Assembly (NCBI GenBank): GCA_947507965.1
Contig: CANNQU010000006.1
Location: forward strand, 1,275 to 65,274
Reading direction: 5' to 3'
Length of the DNA stretch: 64,000 nt
From: Bacteroidota bacterium
GTDB taxonomy: Bacteria; Bacteroidota; Bacteroidia; UKL13-3
A model generated the notes under the pieces. That model had not been told where the DNA came from, did no database searches, and saw only the letters and a list, made by a program, of their open reading frames with translations. Below are positions 63,118 through 64,000 of this stretch, one piece after another; positions within the stretch are counted from its first letter, which is position 1, and each line of letters opens with the position of its first letter. The position numbers and the translations under genes were made by a program.

Positions 63118-64000
63118 ATGGCAGATCAAAATAAAACAAATAAAGTAATACTTCTTATCGTTGTTGGGGTTTTGGTAGTATTAAATGTGTTATTCATTAC
63201 CAATTATTTGAATACTAAGGAAGAGAAAAAGCAGGTTGAATTAAAGCTTGTAAGTACCGAAAAGGCAAACGAAGAACTAAAAAAGCAATATAGTGATGTG
63301 CTCGCACAGCTTGATGAATATAAGGGAAGTAATGAGAAGTTGAATGTATTGGTTGATCAGCAGAAGGAAGAATTAGATGCAAAAGTCAAACAAATTCAAC
63401 AAATGATAAAAGAGAAGAAGGTGGATAAAACACAGTTGGATAGGGCTCTGGATGAAATTAAGCAACTCACGGGTATGCGTAACAAGTTATTGGAGCGAGT
63501 TGATTCCTTAAACGCAGCCAATGGCATTCTTAAAGATCAAAATGTAGGTTTGATGAATGATGTTAAGGATGCAAATGATAAAAATGAAAATCTTACTGTT
63601 GAAAATACAGGGCTAAAAAATAAGGTTGCGGTGGCAAGTGTTTTGAAAGCGGAAAACTTAACGGCAGCTACCTACAATGTAAAAGGTAAGGAAAAGGAAA
63701 CGTCTAAAGTTTCTTCTGTTAATAGAGTTAAAATCACCTTCAAACTGGGAGAGAATTTTGTTGCAGAGAAGAATCAGAAGGTTATCTATATGAAAATTAT
63801 TAGTCCCGGAGGAACTACGATTCAATCTCCCGATCGAGGGACTTTTACCTTCCAAGGAAATGAGACCTCCTACACTCAAAAAATCGAATTTCAATATACC
63901 AATACCAAGCAACAACTTCAACTGGTATGGGATAAAGGCAATGCTAATTTAATCAAAGGCGAGTATAAAGTAGAGCTCTACTGCGAAGGGTTTATTGTTG
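63118..64000 (+). CDS. Membrane-anchored coiled-coil protein (partial, runs off the right edge)
   Basis: Not in the ORF track because it is truncated. MADQNKTNKVILLIVVGVLVVLNVLFI TM helix, long heptad region, then a beta-rich C-terminal domain. Confidence 0.75.
   Translation, partial: MADQNKTNKVILLIVVGVLVVLNVLFITNYLNTKEEKKQVELKLVSTEKANEELKKQYSDVLAQLDEYKGSNEKLNVLVDQQKEELDAKVKQIQQMIKEKKVDKTQLDRALDEIKQLTGMRNKLLERVDSLNAANGILKDQNVGLMNDVKDANDKNENLTVENTGLKNKVAVASVLKAENLTAATYNVKGKEKETSKVSSVNRVKITFKLGENFVAEKNQKVIYMKIISPGGTTIQSPDRGTFTFQGNETSYTQKIEFQYTNTKQQLQLVWDKGNANLIKGEYKVELYCEGFIV

Noticed and set aside
63658-63921. 87-aa minus-strand ORF in the track
   Set aside because: Antisense to the longer plus-strand ORF starting at 63118, which has a coherent TM plus coiled-coil architecture.

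Overview
AT-rich Bacteroidota chromosomal window, judged from the T9SS C-terminal domain, T6SS subtype iii genes, TAnnTTTG promoters and sdhCAB layout. Bases 1-13.7 kb hold a minus-strand T6SSiii baseplate/membrane-complex operon: tssG-tssN-tssK-tssO-tssO/Q-[two inserted genes]-tssP-hypothetical-tssR, with tssR running off the left edge. The two genes inserted between tssO/Q and tssP have gaps of only 4-43 bp. One encodes a 1460-aa T9SS-secreted protein with 11 tandem ~100-aa Cys-paired Ig-like repeats. The other encodes a 561-aa protein with a signal peptide, a TSP3-like motif and a C-terminal outer-membrane beta-barrel. This apparent T9SS-adhesin/T6SS coupling is the most interesting signal. 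The rest is mostly housekeeping: acpP-fabF-rnc, asnS (with a coiled-coil insertion), uvrA, methylmalonyl-CoA mutase, TetR-TolC-RND efflux, mutL, MBOAT pair, OmpA, Omp28, recO, sdhCAB, a cystathionine gamma-synthase/lyase, TMTC-like/aat, hppD, exbB-exbD-exbD-tonB, accBC, a dsbD with a duplicated N-domain, eno and ftsB. I found no rRNA, tRNA, CRISPR array or mobile element. All family assignments come from motif recognition by eye; no database searches were run.
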